Assembly: GCF_009914755.1 (NCBI RefSeq)
Contig: NC_060931.1
Reading direction: 5' to 3' (one strand)
Length of the DNA stretch: 64,000 nucleotides
DNA from: the human T2T-CHM13v2.0 reference genome, Homo sapiens
Shown: piece after piece, positions 1 to 18,680 of the stretch
How the letters are laid out: every line of letters begins with the position of its first letter
Position numbering within the stretch: position 1 is the stretch's first letter
Made by a program: the position numbers and the translations under genes
Notes under the pieces: generated by a model
Database searches by the model: none
The model's input: the letters and a program-made list of their open reading frames with translations, nothing else
What the model was told of the DNA's origin: nothing

Positions 1-249
1 CACTTGTGTTTGATGTATAATATTTATTTCTGTGGATCTTTGTCTTTGATGAATGTCTGGCACATCATAATGATAAGAAATATCCTTTCTTTTTCCTATC
101 CTCCTTTCTTTTACTTATCAATAAATCCCCTGTAACTAGAACAAAATTGGTATTCAGTAAACATCTGTTGAATGACTTGAATTATCTAGACAATAGGGTG
201 TACTGTAATGATTTTGCCATGCTTTCCAGAAATATTAAATGCCTCCTGT

Positions 250-314
250 ATTTTATTTCATTATTTATTTATTTATTTATTTATTTGAGACGGAGTTTCG
301 CTCTTGTTGCCCAG
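250..314 (-). mobile_element. Alu 3' fragment with (TTTA)n tail
   Basis: gagacggagtttcgctcttgttgcccag, then abrupt loss of similarity. Confidence 0.85.
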
Positions 315-339
315 AAGAGCAACAAGTTTGCTCTTGTTG

Positions 340-832
340 AATTTCCCTTCAAAAGTTCAGCCTGTTAACTTCCTTGTTCTTTGTTCTCAAACCTAACTTT
401 CTTGTTCTCCATGCCTCCTTGCCCCTAGTTACTGTAAACAACTTTTCGGTCAGCTCTAATCAATAACTCACATCTGTTCCCTTGGTTACTCCCTCTGCAC
501 CCATTCCACCCTTTGAAACCACACCTCCCACACATCCCACCATTGTAACTCACATCCCCCTTCCCCCTTCCTTATTTGGGAAAACTATTCAGAAATACCC
601 AGTTGGGTCACTTTAGATTGTGTGGTCAAACCCCAGCCCATGGGGGAGTAACACAGAGGTAGGGATTGCGTTAAGAACAAAAACCCCCATTTTCCTTTGT
701 TCCCTGTGCTCCTGCAATCATGATTGACGCAGGCAGCACCCTTCTGCAGAAGTAAATTGCCTTGCTGAGAAAACTTTTGCCTGAGTGAGAGTACTGGTTT
801 CACTTTGTGGCACCAAGCATTTACTTCTAACA
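340..832 (+). mobile_element. ERV1 solo LTR, LTR10-like, 5' end damaged
   Basis: Ends ...ttctaaca; AGTAAA signal; start resembles LTR10 aatttc.cttcaaa. Confidence 0.6.
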
Positions 833-865
833 TAAATATATTTAAATACATATATATATTTTTTT

Positions 866-1252
<387 letters not shown>

Positions 1253-1323
1253 TCATTTAACCCAAAGGTAACGATAAAAGTTCTCGGTATGCATTGTCAA
1301 ACTGCTTTTGAAAAATCTGTATC

Positions 1324-1613
1324 TGGGCAAGTGCGGTGGCTCATACCTATAATCCCAGCACTTTGGAAGGCCAAGGTGGTTGAATTGCTTGAGCCCAGGA
1401 GTTTGAGACCAGCCTGAGCAACAAAGTGAAACCCTGTCTTTACAAAAAAAATACAAAAATTAGCCAGGTGTTGTGGTGTGCACCTGTAATCCCAGCTACT
1501 TGAGAGGCTGAGGTGGGAGCATAGCTTGAGCCTGGGAGGTCAGCGTTGCAGTGAGCCATGCTCATGCCACTGTACTGGAGCCTGGGCAACAGAGTGAGAC
1601 CAAGTCTCAAAAA
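1324..1613 (+). mobile_element. Alu (J-type)
   Basis: ttgagcccaggag diagnostic sequence. Confidence 0.9.
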
Positions 1614-1843
1614 GGAAGTCTATATTTTATTGTAATATAATAATTTTTAAAACTTTTGCTAATTTTGTAACTGCCTGATAGGTTCTTTCTGCCCACTGCA
1701 CAAACAAAATAGACCATGGCATTGCAATAAAGAAAAACTTTAACTGACACGCCAGCCACATCACGTAGGAGACAAATTTACTACTCAAACCTATCTCCGT
1801 GAAGGCTCAGAGGTTAGGGGTTTTTCAAGGATGGTTTGGTGGA

Positions 1844-2147
<304 letters not shown>

Positions 2148-2221
2148 CTAGGGATAAGGGTGGCTAGGCAGTGGGTGCTTGCTGCCGATTGGTGGGTGAG
2201 AGAGAAAATCCTAGGGAGCTT

Positions 2222-2536
<315 letters not shown>

Positions 2537-3310
2537 CTATCTTCTTGTGCTGAGTCAATTCTGGGTGTGGCCACAGGAGCAGCTGGCAGGTCCAGGCAGA
2601 GCCAGGTGTGGAAAAGATATCTCAAAAGGTCAATCTTAGGTTCTACAATAATGATGTTACCTGCAGGAGTAATTGGAGAAATTGCATATCTTGTGACCTC
2701 CAGAATAATGGCTGGCAATTGTTTATATTTACAGATAGTAGAAATCAGGCTTCTCTGTCCTCCTCGCCTGATGGTCTCTCATTAGCTTTATGAAGGCAGT
2801 TGAGTTTGGGGAAGAGCTATTACCATTTAAACTATAAACTAAATGTCTCCCAAAGTCGGCCCAGTCTAATCCCAAGAATAATTAAGGCAGCTTGAAGGCT
2901 AAAGTCAAGAGGGGGGTTGGCTAGATCAGATCTCCCCTGCTGCCATAATTTTCTTGCTGATGTAATTTTTGCAAAGGTGGTTTCAATTTGATGAATAAAA
3001 TATTCTTTTAATTTGCATTTCCTTGGAGAAAGTGAACAGTTCATATTTTGTAGCCATCTGTATGTCCTCACTGATAACACTTTATGTCCCATGTCCTTTG
3101 TTCATTCAGCCAGTCAAGTCTTAACATTTTTAAAATTCAACTATATGAGGTTTTTGAGGATTCATCTATCACACTTCATACAAATTATTTCTCCCAATCT
3201 TTGCCTTTTGAGTTTATGTGATGTTTGATATATCAAATGCTTAAACATATTCTACAGTCAAGGATTTTTCGACCTTTCCTTTATGAGTTCTTACACTGGC
3301 TTTAGACCAA

Positions 3311-4174
3311 CAATGGTTCTGAAAGTGTGGTCTCTGGGCTAGCAGCATTAGCAGCATCTAATGAAACCACCTTTGCAAAATTATGACTGAGACAGTGAAA
3401 GAGATATAACTTCACTGACTCCATCTTGCTTGCCGTCCTTGTTCATTCCTGGGCATAGGCTGAACTAACTTTGGGAGAAACTTGGTTTATAGCTTAAACA
3501 AAGACGGTAACAGCCCTTTCCCAAAGCAAAACCCTTCTTGCCTGGGGACTAGAATGCCTTTGTAGGACTAACATTAACCACAACATTAGATATTATGGTT
3601 TAGGAGTCATGCTGCTGGAGGCTACAAGATTCTGACCCTCCCTAAATTGCTCCTTAGATCAGTGCTCCAGATATTTTGCAGACGCTGCACTTGATGGATC
3701 AGCTGGTGCCACCCAGATTGATAAACTGGCTCATCTGATCTTGTGGTTCCCACCCAGGAACTGACTGAGCACAAGAAGACAGCTCCGACTCCCTGTGATT
3801 TCATCTCTGACCAATCAGGATTCCTGGCTCACTGGCTTCCCCCCACCCATCAAGTTGTCGTTAAAAACTCTGCTCCCCAAATGCTCTGGGAGACTGATTT
3901 AATAATAAAACTCCAGTCCCCCGCACAGCCGGCTCTGTGTGAATTACTCTTTCTCTGTTGCAATTCCCCCATCTTGATGAATTGGCTCTGTCTAGGCAGT
4001 GGGCAAGGTGAACCCCTTAGGCGGTTACACTAGGAGCCTTTTAGAAATGCAAATTCTACTCACTGAAGACCTATGATATCAGGATATCAGATACTCTGGG
4101 GCTGACCCCAGTAATCTGTATTAACAAATTCTCCAGGAGATTTCTTATACAAAGGAAAGTTGTGGAAGCCACTA
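3311..4174. mobile_element. MER5A (hAT-Charlie) split by LTR8
   Basis: caatggttctgaaagtgtggtc...ttagaaatgcaaattct...ctccagg matches MER5A. Confidence 0.7.
3362..4029 (+). mobile_element. LTR8 solo LTR (ERV1)
   Basis: tgaaaccacctttgcaaaattatgactgag...ggcggttaca; AATAAA 3904-3909; TSD ctaa/ctag. Confidence 0.85.
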
Positions 4175-4417
4175 GTCAAGAAATGGCGTCCTTACGTAAG
4201 CTTTCTTCTGAGCATTTTGTTTCTCCTGATTCCTTTTGGTATATAATAGCACTAAATGTTTTTCTCCCAAACCCCCACCGATTTAGGATGCTTCCTTTAT
4301 CTTAAGTTTTACAAACATTCAGATTTGCCTCTGTGCTTTCATTCTTTTTTAACAGCTTTATGAGATAAAATTCGCATACCATAAGATTCACCCATTTAAA
4401 GTATACAACAGTAAGGG

Positions 4418-4716
4418 GAGCCAGGCATGGTGGCTCATGCCTGTGAATCCCAGCACTTTGGGAGGCTGAGGGTGGATCACTTGAGTTCAGGAGTTCAAGA
4501 CCAGTCTGGCCAACATGGTGAAACCCTGCCTCTACCAAAAATACAAAAACTAGCCAGGTGTGGTGGCGCACGCCTATAGTCCCAGCTACTCAGGAGGCTG
4601 AGTCATGAGAATCGTTTGAACCCGGGAGGTGGAGGTTGTAGTGAGCCAGATCTCACCACTGCACTCCAGCCTGGGTGACAGAGCCAGACTCCATCTCAAA
4701 AAAAAAAAAAAAAAAA
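4418..4716 (+). mobile_element. Alu (S-type)
   Basis: Full dimer. Confidence 0.95.
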
Positions 4717-5688
4717 GTGTACACAACAATTTGGGGACTTTCAGTATATTCAGACTCGTGCCAACATCACAGTGTTCCCACATTCTGATTTTAGTCATTT
4801 GCATCTTCTCTTTTGTTCCTGGTGAGTCTAACTAAAGGGTTGCCAATTTTGTTGATCTTTTCAAAGAACTAACTTACTATTTCACAGATTTTTCTCCACC
4901 GTTTCCTTTTCTGTATTTCATTTATTTCCACTCTAATGTTTATTATTTTCTTCATTCTGTTTGCTTTGAGTTTCATTTGCTCTTCTTTTTCTAGTTTCTT
5001 AAGGTAGAATGTTAGATTATTGATTTGAGATATATCTTCTTTTCAATGTAAGCATTAACTATAAATGTCCCTCTAAGCATTGATTTAGTAGTATTCCATA
5101 AATTTTGGTGTTTTTATTTTCATCCATCTCAAAGTATTTCCTACTTTCCCTGGATGATCTCTTTTTTTGACCTGTCGATTCTTTAGGATTTTTTAAAATG
5201 TTTACATATTTGTGAATTTCTTAAATTTTTTTCTGTGGTTGGTTTCTAATTTCCTCCCATTGGTTGCAGAACATAACTTGTATATTTTCAGTCTTTTTTA
5301 ATTTACTGAGACTTATTTTATGGTCTAACATATAGTCTATCCTGGAATGTTCCATGTGCCCTTGAGAATAATGTATTGCTAAATGGAGTGTTCTGTCATG
5401 TCTATTAGGTGGAGTTAGTTTATAGTGTCACCCAAATCTTCCATTTCTTGCTGGTCTTCTGACTAATCCTTCTATCTATTATTGGAAGTGGGGTATGTAA
5501 GTCTCTATTATCGTGGTCTTTCTCATATACATTCTGTCAGGTTTCGCTTTATATATTTTGGGGCTCTATTGTTAGGTGCATGTATGTTTATAATCATTAT
5601 ATCTTTCTAGTAAATTGGTCCTCTTATCATTACAAAATGTTCTTTGTTTTTAGTAGCAATTTTATCTTAAAGTCTCTACATATTTTTT

Positions 5689-5979
5689 TCACGCCTGTAA
5701 TCCCAGCACTTTGGGAGCCCAAGGCAGGTAGATCACGAGGTCAGGAGTAATGGTGACCAAGATGGTGGTCACCATCTGACCAAGATGGTGAAACCCTGTC
5801 TCTACTAAAAATACAAAAATTGGCTGGGTGTGGTGGCATGCACCTGTAATCCCAGCTACTTGGGAGGCTGAGGCAGGAGAATTGCTTGACCCGGGAGGTG
5901 GTGTTTGCAGTGAGCCAAGATCGTGCCACTGCACTCTAGCCTGGGTGACAGAATGAGACTCCATCTCAAAAAAAAAAAA
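5689..5979 (+). mobile_element. Alu, 5'-truncated, with internal rearrangement
   Basis: TSD aaagtctctacatattttt. Confidence 0.95.
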
Positions 5980-6504
5980 GTCTCTACATATTTTTAATAT
6001 TGCTGTAGCCACTCCAGCTCTCTTTTGGTTACTGCTTTCATGGGATATCTTTTTCCTTCCTTTAACTTTCCACCTATTTGCCTTTGAATCTAAAGTATGT
6101 CTCTTATAGACAGCATATAGTTGGATTTTTAAACAATTTTATTGTCTTTTTAAAATTTTAGATTCAGTGGGTACATGTGCAGGTTTGTTACAGGGGTATA
6201 CAGCATGATGCTCAGGTTTGAGGTATGATTAAACCCATCACCCAAGTAGTGAGCATAGCACTCAACAGGTTTCTCTCAACCCTTGCTTCCCTTCCTCCCT
6301 CCCCAGTTTTGTAGTCCCCAGGGTCTATTGTCCCCATATTTATGTCCATTTGTACCGGTGAAAACAATGCAGTTATTGGTTTTCTGTCTCTGCATCATTT
6401 CACTGAGTAATGGCCTCCAGCTTCATTCATGTTGCTGCAAGGGACATGATTCCATTCTTTTTTTATGGCTATGGGGTATTCCATGGTATATATGTGCCAC
6501 ATTT

Positions 6505-6848
<344 letters not shown>

Positions 6849-7435
6849 TAGGCTAATTCCATGTGGTTTGCTATGGCAAATAGTGCTGCAATGAACATAG
6901 TTAATCCATTCTTCCATCTCTGTCTTTTGATTGGGGTGTTTAATCCATCCACATAGTACAGTTACCTATAAGGTAGAAGTAATCTCTGTAATTTTTGCTA
7001 CTTCTTTTTTTAATGTCTTATGATTATGCTGTTCTATTCCTCCATTACTGTCATCTTTTGTATTCAAAAGATATTTTCCATTGTATCTTTTAAAATTCCT
7101 TTGTTATTTCCTTTACCATATGTATTTTAAATGTATTCTCTTAGTGGTTAGCCTGGGGATTACACTTAACATCTTAAAACAATCTCTTTTGGATTCATAT
7201 CCACTTAATTTCAATAGTGGCAGTCAAGAGTCACTCCAATATACCTTTATTCTCTCCTCACTCCCTTGTGCTATTATTATCATACAAATTACATCTCCAT
7301 ATATTATAAGCCCATCAACACAGTTTTATAATTATTGCTTTAGGCAGCTGTCCTTTAAAACAGAAAAGTTACAAACAAAACTGTTTATATTGTCTTTCAC
7401 CATACCTACATAGTTACCCTTACCTCTGCTCTTTA

Positions 7436-7925
<490 letters not shown>

Positions 7926-8569
7926 CTAACCATCTATTTCATCCTATCTTCTGGCCTCCATGTTTTCTGCTGAGAAGTCAACTGCTAATTTTACTGAAGT
8001 TCATTCGATAGATGATTTTCAGTTTGTGGTGAAATTCCGGTTTATTATCAGAATTCTAAAATTGGTTTATTTTAGTTGTATTGCGCATATTTTCATTGTT
8101 TTAGAGGGAGACAGAGTTCACTGAGGCCCCCACTCTGCCATTTTGGAACTGATCTCATTTCATTTTAATTATTTAGGTAGCATATTTTAACATCTTATAA
8201 ACCAACTTTCACTTAATAGTTATTTTTTCTAAAATTTCTTAACTATTGTCTGTTTGGCTAATTTTTCAGTTAGAATCATTTTCTTAAGCTCCAAAAAGAA
8301 ATTCTGATAGAACTTGGGATGTTATTTTGCAAACAGATCACCTTCTTAGAACATTCAGGTTTCCCATTCTCTCCCACTTTTATACTGTTCAGCAAACTTA
8401 ATGAATGTTTTCATGTAGATTGCACTGTATTTTCCTTAGACATTTCAAATGTTCTGTTGTGACTGTGAACTGGGCTTAAAGTGTTGTTATTTTAAATATG
8501 AATCAATACATCAATATTTTCTGGGATGAAAGAAAAACACTCATCTATCGATGAGTGTCAGGAGATTGA

Positions 8570-8887
<318 letters not shown>

Positions 8888-8898
8888 TTAAATCTTGA

Positions 8899-9196
<298 letters not shown>

Positions 9197-9523
9197 TCTT
9201 AAGCAGCACACCAATTCATAAAAAAGAAAAGCAGACCTGTGTGGTTGAAAAGAGGTTGAGGAGTAGCACAAAGTCCTGCATGCTCTGCCTCCTTCCTCGC
9301 TCCTTAGGGCAGCCTCCGAGGTGCTTTCCAACAACTGGATGCTTTGTTAACTCTCCTGTATAAGAGCCCATCTGTGGGCTCCTTAGCATAAGCTCTTACT
9401 TTCTAACATTTCATCCTACTTGAAAGACTTTTTCCATCTCTCTTCAATGACCACTAACACATCTGTGTCTCAGTGAGACCCTGCTTCACTGACTTGGACC
9501 ACCTGGCCCTGTCTGTTGCATTA

Positions 9524-9850
<327 letters not shown>

Positions 9851-9889
9851 TTAAATTTAAATTAAATTTAAAAACAAAAAATGTTCTTA

Positions 9890-10199
<310 letters not shown>

Positions 10200-10769
10200 G
10201 ACCCAGTGACTTCAAGAAAGATAACACTTCTGTGCTACTTTGTCACTATCCCATCTGTGACATAATTTTATATATTTGATATTTAGTCTCTGTCCTTGGT
10301 ACCTGGCACAGAGCTCTTGAAACCCTTGTAATCTCCTGAGTGCACCCAGCACGGGTGCAGCTTTTATCCTCATATTTGCTTTTTGACCCAGCTCCTGCCA
10401 TTGAGCTCCAAATCTCTTGGAATGTCCTGGGTTACAGGAGCATCTTTTGTTCTAATGAAGTGGGCTTGTTTTTTGGTGGGCTCCTGGATGGAGGCTGGCC
10501 ACCAGAAGGACCGACATGATTAGAAGATTGGAACTTTCAGCCCCACCCCCAATCTGCTGGGGTGCCTACATGATGAAGCTTCCGTAACCACCACTAACTA
10601 TGGCACATAGGGAGCTTCCAGACTGGTAAATACATCAACTTGCTGGGAGGGTGGCACAGCTCAACTCCCCAGGGACAGAAGCTTCTCTGCCCAGGATCTT
10701 CCCAGACCTTGCCCTCTGTATCCTTTCATCTGCCTGTTCATTTGTACCCTTTGAAATATCCTAATAAAT

Positions 10770-11062
10770 TGGGCGCGGTGGCTCAAGCCTGTAATCCCAG
10801 CACTTTGGAAGGCTGAGGCAGGCGGATCACTTGAGGTCAGGAGTTCAAGACCAGCCTGACCAACATGGTGAACTCCTGTCTGTACTAAAAATACCAAAAT
10901 TAGCCAGGCGTGGTGGTTCCTGCCTGTAATCCCAGCTACTTGGGAGGCTGAGGCACAAGAATCCCTTGAACCCAGGAGGCAGAGGTTGTACTGAGCTGAG
11001 ATTGTACCACTGCACTCCTACATGGGCAATGGAGCAAGACTGTTTCAAAAAAAAAAAAAAAA
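10770..11062 (+). mobile_element. Alu (S-type)
   Basis: TSD atcctaataaat. Confidence 0.95.
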
Positions 11063-11247
11063 ATCCTAATAAATCAGCAATAGTAAGTGAATTGTTTTCT
11101 TGGGTTCTGTGGGCTACTCTAGCAAATTATTGAACCTAAGAATGGGGTTCCTCTGATTTACAGACAAAGAACCTCTGATTTATGGCCATGTCAAACAAGC
11201 TGTGGGTAACCTGGGGACCTCCTACCTGCAACTAGTGTCTGAAGTGA

Positions 11248-11580
<333 letters not shown>

Positions 11581-11711
11581 TTGGGACTGAGCTCTTAACT
11601 CAGGGAGTCTTTGTTAATTCATTAGCATCAGAATTGAACTGAACAGTAGGATGCCCGGCTGGTGTCAGAGAATTGATTGGTATAGCAAAAAGCCCCACAA
11701 ATTTGGTGTCA

Positions 11712-12457
<746 letters not shown>

Positions 12458-12549
12458 GGTGTCCAGTTTTCAACTGGGTAGGTAGATTATATATCTATGA
12501 ATTTTATTTCAGCACAGAATAGAGGATAGAGTTACAAAAGGTGGGTCTA

Positions 12550-12871
<322 letters not shown>

Positions 12872-13050
12872 TAACTAAAAGAGTATAATTGGATTGGTTT
12901 TAGCACAAAGGATAAATGCTTGTGGGGATGGAGACCCCATTCTCCATGATGTGATTATTACGCATTGCATGCTTGTATGAAAACATCCCATGTACCCCAT
13001 ATATATACCTAATATGGACCCACAATAATTAGAATAAAAATTTAAAAAAA
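12872..13050 (+). mobile_element. L1 (L1MA-like) 3' end with A-rich tail
   Basis: aaaggataaatgcttg..gggatgga.acccca..ctccatgatgtgattatta motif. Confidence 0.8.
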
Positions 13051-13057
13051 CTCATGC

Positions 13058-14048
13058 TGCAAGTCTTTACAAAATATTATTTTATTAATTCAATTTTTGC
13101 ATAAAAGACTGTTAAAAGAATTTGCTAACTTGAAAACAATTTTGAGTATTTATGATCTTTCCAACTTGAAAACACCTGAACCTTATAGAACAGATTGTGT
13201 AAAGCAGCGAGGGCCACAGGAGTCAAAGAAGATGGAGACCCGCCGTCTGGTCGTGATATGAGAGGCCCGGACAGTGACCTCACGAACAAAAAGAAATGAT
13301 CCTCTTCAGTCCAAAGTGTGTTTGTGAGACTAATGACTCCATGCCCTCACATGGCCACTCCTCTTACAGCAGACAGCTTCACTCCGCTCCAGCCCCGGTA
13401 CTGCGGTCTGTGGTAATTTACATGGGAATGGGATGAGATCTAGTAGTTTTAGATCCGATGCAATTTTGGGAAGGGTTAGTAATAAACCAAAACTCAATCT
13501 ATGCAGTATTTAAAAAATAATTGAGAGTTGTGACAACTTCGATTCTTTTCAGGAGGTGCTGTCTTAAGACAGAAGAAAGGGATCAAGCTCTTATCTTAGA
13601 AAGCACAGACACGTTTAGCTCAGGGTAGTGCAATTCAATGCTAAGTGGCTGCTCCATGAAATCCAAGGGCCAGGTGAGGGGAAGAGGCCCAGGGATTTCT
13701 TCCTTGTCTGACACTCTCAGGACTAGCATTCTGGCAGGTCTTAGAAGTTATAATACAAAACCATCAGTTAAATTCTAATCACGACTGTGTAGTTCCTCCC
13801 CAAAATAATTTTCCTCTTAGAAGTAAAATCAGGAAAGGGGCTGAGTTCTGAAAAGAAACATCGGGGCTGTGGCCCAGGCCCTCTGAGTGTGGACGCTGTC
13901 CCCCGTGTCTCCATGTTTACTGCCTTATCGTCTCCTTTGTATGAAAGTATAATTTACGTAATTCGTCCTTGGAGAATCAGAGTGGTGTTCAAGAACCTTT
14001 TGAGGCCATCCAAGTTTTTGTCCTTCAGTACCTTGAAATCAGATAATC
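13058..14048 (-). other. TYW1B: 3'UTR (~1 kb)
   Basis: Repeat-free sequence between the stop codon and the first minus-strand AATAAA. The cleavage site is estimated. Confidence 0.75.
13081..13086 (-). terminator. Polyadenylation signal AATAAA
   Basis: tttatt on +. On the minus strand it is followed by a CA about 22 nt downstream and then a U-rich tract. Confidence 0.75.
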
Positions 14049-14270
14049 TCAACATCCAGAAATAGCCTTTGATTTGTTCTTTCTCTGATGTCTTGTGTCC
14101 TTGGGATCAAAGCTTCTTTCATTGGCACCAAATAATGCCCAGTGAGGAGTTCTGGCCATATAATCCTTTGCGCTGAACGTTTTTGATCCACCACTATCTT
14201 CATATTCCTGGATGAGCTCCTGGAAGCGGTTATAATCGATCCATGTCCACCATTCACCACCAATTTTAAA
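14049..14270 (-). CDS. TYW1B: Coding part of the terminal TYW1B exon
   Basis: Acceptor tttttttctttccag|TTT at 14271. In frame with the previous exon it reads FKIGGEWWTWIDYNRFQELIQEYEDSGGSKTFSAKDYMARTPHWALFGANERSFDPKDTRHQRKNKSKAISGC, then TGA at 14049-14051. This frame is not in the ORF track. Confidence 0.92.
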   Translation of the reverse strand, partial: FKIGGEWWTWIDYNRFQELIQEYEDSGGSKTFSAKDYMARTPHWALFGANERSFDPKDTRHQRKNKSKAISGC

Positions 14271-15060
14271 CTGGAAAGAAAAAAATGTGTCAAGTCAGAA
14301 GTAAAAACATCCCTAGAAAAAAAAAATGAATGTTTTTAAAAATCATGAACAAGTCTGATCTTTTCTCCCTATCACGCCAAGAAAACAAAAACAAAAACAA
14401 ACACAAAAAAACCTCTTCCATGTTCCAGACATGACTTCCTATCAAAGCAAGATGCGCTACAATCACAGGAGAGCTTCCTTTCCCTTGGGCCTGCAGTTTT
14501 GCTGGGCCCGGAAGACAAGTCAAGTTTATCTCAAGCAGTCCCGCTGACACAGGGTTAAATGTTTCCGTGTTACCATGTGACTAATTCAAACTCATTCTAA
14601 TTCCTGCTGTTGCCGCTTTTGATCGGTTACAAATTTTCAAGGCTGTGTTAACAGCATCTCGTGGAATCCTTTTTAGACTCAACTTGGCTTGAGTTATTAG
14701 TGAAGGTTTCATCAATAACTTCTAATTCAAACATGCTAACTAAATGACTCAAACTAGCTTTTCTGGCCTAACGTGGATACAATATCTCATTAGTGGAAAG
14801 CCTGAACAATTTCAATTCAGTAAGAGGGGATAATCCAATTTGTACTCTCTTAAGAAAATTGCTTCTCAAAAGTCACGGTAGAATAATGACCTGGAATGAA
14901 GAAAACAGAAAGAAAGTTGAAGAGGCTCAGAAGGAAATACTAATTGAACTGTGAAGGCTTTTAATTCAAAGCATTTGTTTGGCATTCATTTGTGTAAATG
15001 TATTAACTAATACGCTGATACCTGACTCATAAACAGACAAGTACTTGTCATGCCACTGTC

Positions 15061-15362
15061 TTTTTTTTTTTTTTTTTTTTTGAGACGGAGTCTCGCTCTG
15101 TAGCCCAGGCTGGAGTGTAGTGGCCTGATCTCGGCTCACTGCAAGCTCCGCCTCCTGCGTTCACGCCATTCTCCTGCCTCAGCCTCCTGAGTAGCTGGGA
15201 CTCTTGGCTCCCGCTAGCACACCTGGCTAATTTTTTGTATTTTTAGTAAAGACGGGGTTTCACCGTGTTAGCCAGGATGGTCTCGATCTCCTAACCTCGT
15301 GATCCGCCGGCCTCGGCCTCCCAAAGTGCTGGGATTACAGGCGTGAGCCACCACACCCGGCC
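15061..15362 (-). mobile_element. AluY
   Basis: TSD atgccact(g/a)tc. Confidence 0.95.
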
Positions 15363-15379
15363 CATGCCACTATCTTTTA

Positions 15380-15690
<311 letters not shown>

Positions 15691-16524
15691 AAGAAAACTC
15701 CGACTAACTAAATGAACTAAGGAAAAATTTCCTGTTCTAGCCACAAAAAAAAAAAAGAAAAGAAAATACATAGGTTCCTGAATTTAGAATATTAAAATAT
15801 GTTGAATTTAAATGACATCTGATTTTTTACCCACTAGCTAAGAGCTTTCTAGGGGGAAAATGCTGAATATGCGGAAAAGTTTAATTACTCTATGAATTAG
15901 AGGAAATTTTCTTGTAATAAGACCATTCTTGGAAATGGTGCCTCAAGGGCCCTGTGAACTCTACAACCCAAGATGTAAAATTTATATCTCACCATCATTC
16001 TCTCTCCCAAGACAGACTGTCCCTGAAGTGTTGTCTACTGTTGTGGAAGCAATCACTGTCATTCCCAGGCACTGAGCCTCGAAACTGCAGAGTCAAAGGT
16101 GACCTCCTTTTCCCTGGCCCTTCACACCTCCATCGATTCTCCCTGGGCAGCACTTCTGCCGCCGGTGGCGTGACTTGGTCACGCAGGCCCTTCCTCTGGG
16201 CCGCAGCCACTGTCTTCCAGCCAATTGACCTTCTGATTCCAGCTGTGGCTTCTCTCAACTTCACACAGACGGCCTGAGACTGTGCCGACAGCAGAATTGA
16301 TTCCTACGATCCTGAATGTAAAGTCTGAGTATCAAATCTGCATCTCTTGGTGAGCTGTGGTCCTCTCACGTGACGCCCAAGCTGTTCCCTCTGTCTAACT
16401 CACATGTCCTTCATCCTCTGCTCTGGGGAGTCTTCCTAAATCCTGTTAGTTCGGTTGCAGTGAGAGAGTTCCCATGTTAGACAGTTTCTGTCAGTTTTCT
16501 GGCCACAGGACCTCACTGTCCTGA

Positions 16525-16965
<441 letters not shown>

Positions 16966-17965
16966 CTTCCTCACCTCTTAACAAAGCTAGAAGACCATAC
17001 AAAGAATCAAAATTCCACCTGGTCTACTGACATCTTGAGACATGATGGGATTTTGCTGCTACTGGCTCCATAGAATAGAAGGGACTGCTTCACTGTGTAT
17101 TCATGACAGAGGCATGACACTCACCCTTGACTGAGCCTGGGGTGACTGACATGACATTAACATGTAATTTAACATGCATGACAGTCAAATGAGGCCAAAA
17201 ATCATGATCCATCCATCAACATGGGCCAACTGGGCCAACTATGGACTTGGCCCAGTTACATACATTTAGAAAATAATTATAATACAACATAGCGTGTATA
17301 GTGGGTGAGGTTATGTACAAGGCACTTGGGGAGTACAGGGACAGGTGTGATAAATCACAGAAGCTTGGCCCCGTAGAGGAGTCTTTTTCGGGATCCCAGT
17401 GTTGCTTGCTGAAAGACAGAGATGACCATTCTCTCTTCTTCCCTATTTGTGTCCCTTTGGTGTTTCGATTTCTAGGTCTGAAGTCTGACCCCTCTGGTTC
17501 ATAATCCTGATGCTCCTTCACCCTCAAACTCTAACATAATTATTTGCCATGGGTGTTCTAAGAGAGAGTAAAGGATTGGTTTGAGCAATACAATGGACTT
17601 AATTTTTTTTTTTTTAACCATACTTACAGTCAAAAATATACTTTATATCTCAATCTAGTACACGCAAATATACACACACAAGCTGGGAATACAACTTTCA
17701 CAAAACTGCAGGCAATGCACTTCATAAGAGAACTGCTGGCTGCAACTCACAAAACCAACTTCCTCACTTCTAATGCAGTTTGAAAACTTCTGCACTAAAA
17801 GATCTGGTTTCTTTTGACTCTAAAACTCTGCTCTGCTTTAAAATGGAAGAAATTTCTGTTGCACAGGTAGGACAACTGTAAGCTAAAATCTGATAACTGA
17901 CTGCTCTGATTCCCAAAGTCTAAAAAAACTAACTGGAAGACCAAGTAAATGCAGGACAAAGTAGG

Positions 17966-18680
<715 letters not shown>

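Noticed and set aside
14039-14293. 84-aa ORF overlapping the terminal exon
   Set aside because: It is an alternative frame. The TYW1 peptide is in another frame entered by splicing.
16155-16175. CTCF-like motif
   Set aside because: It has several mismatches at core positions.
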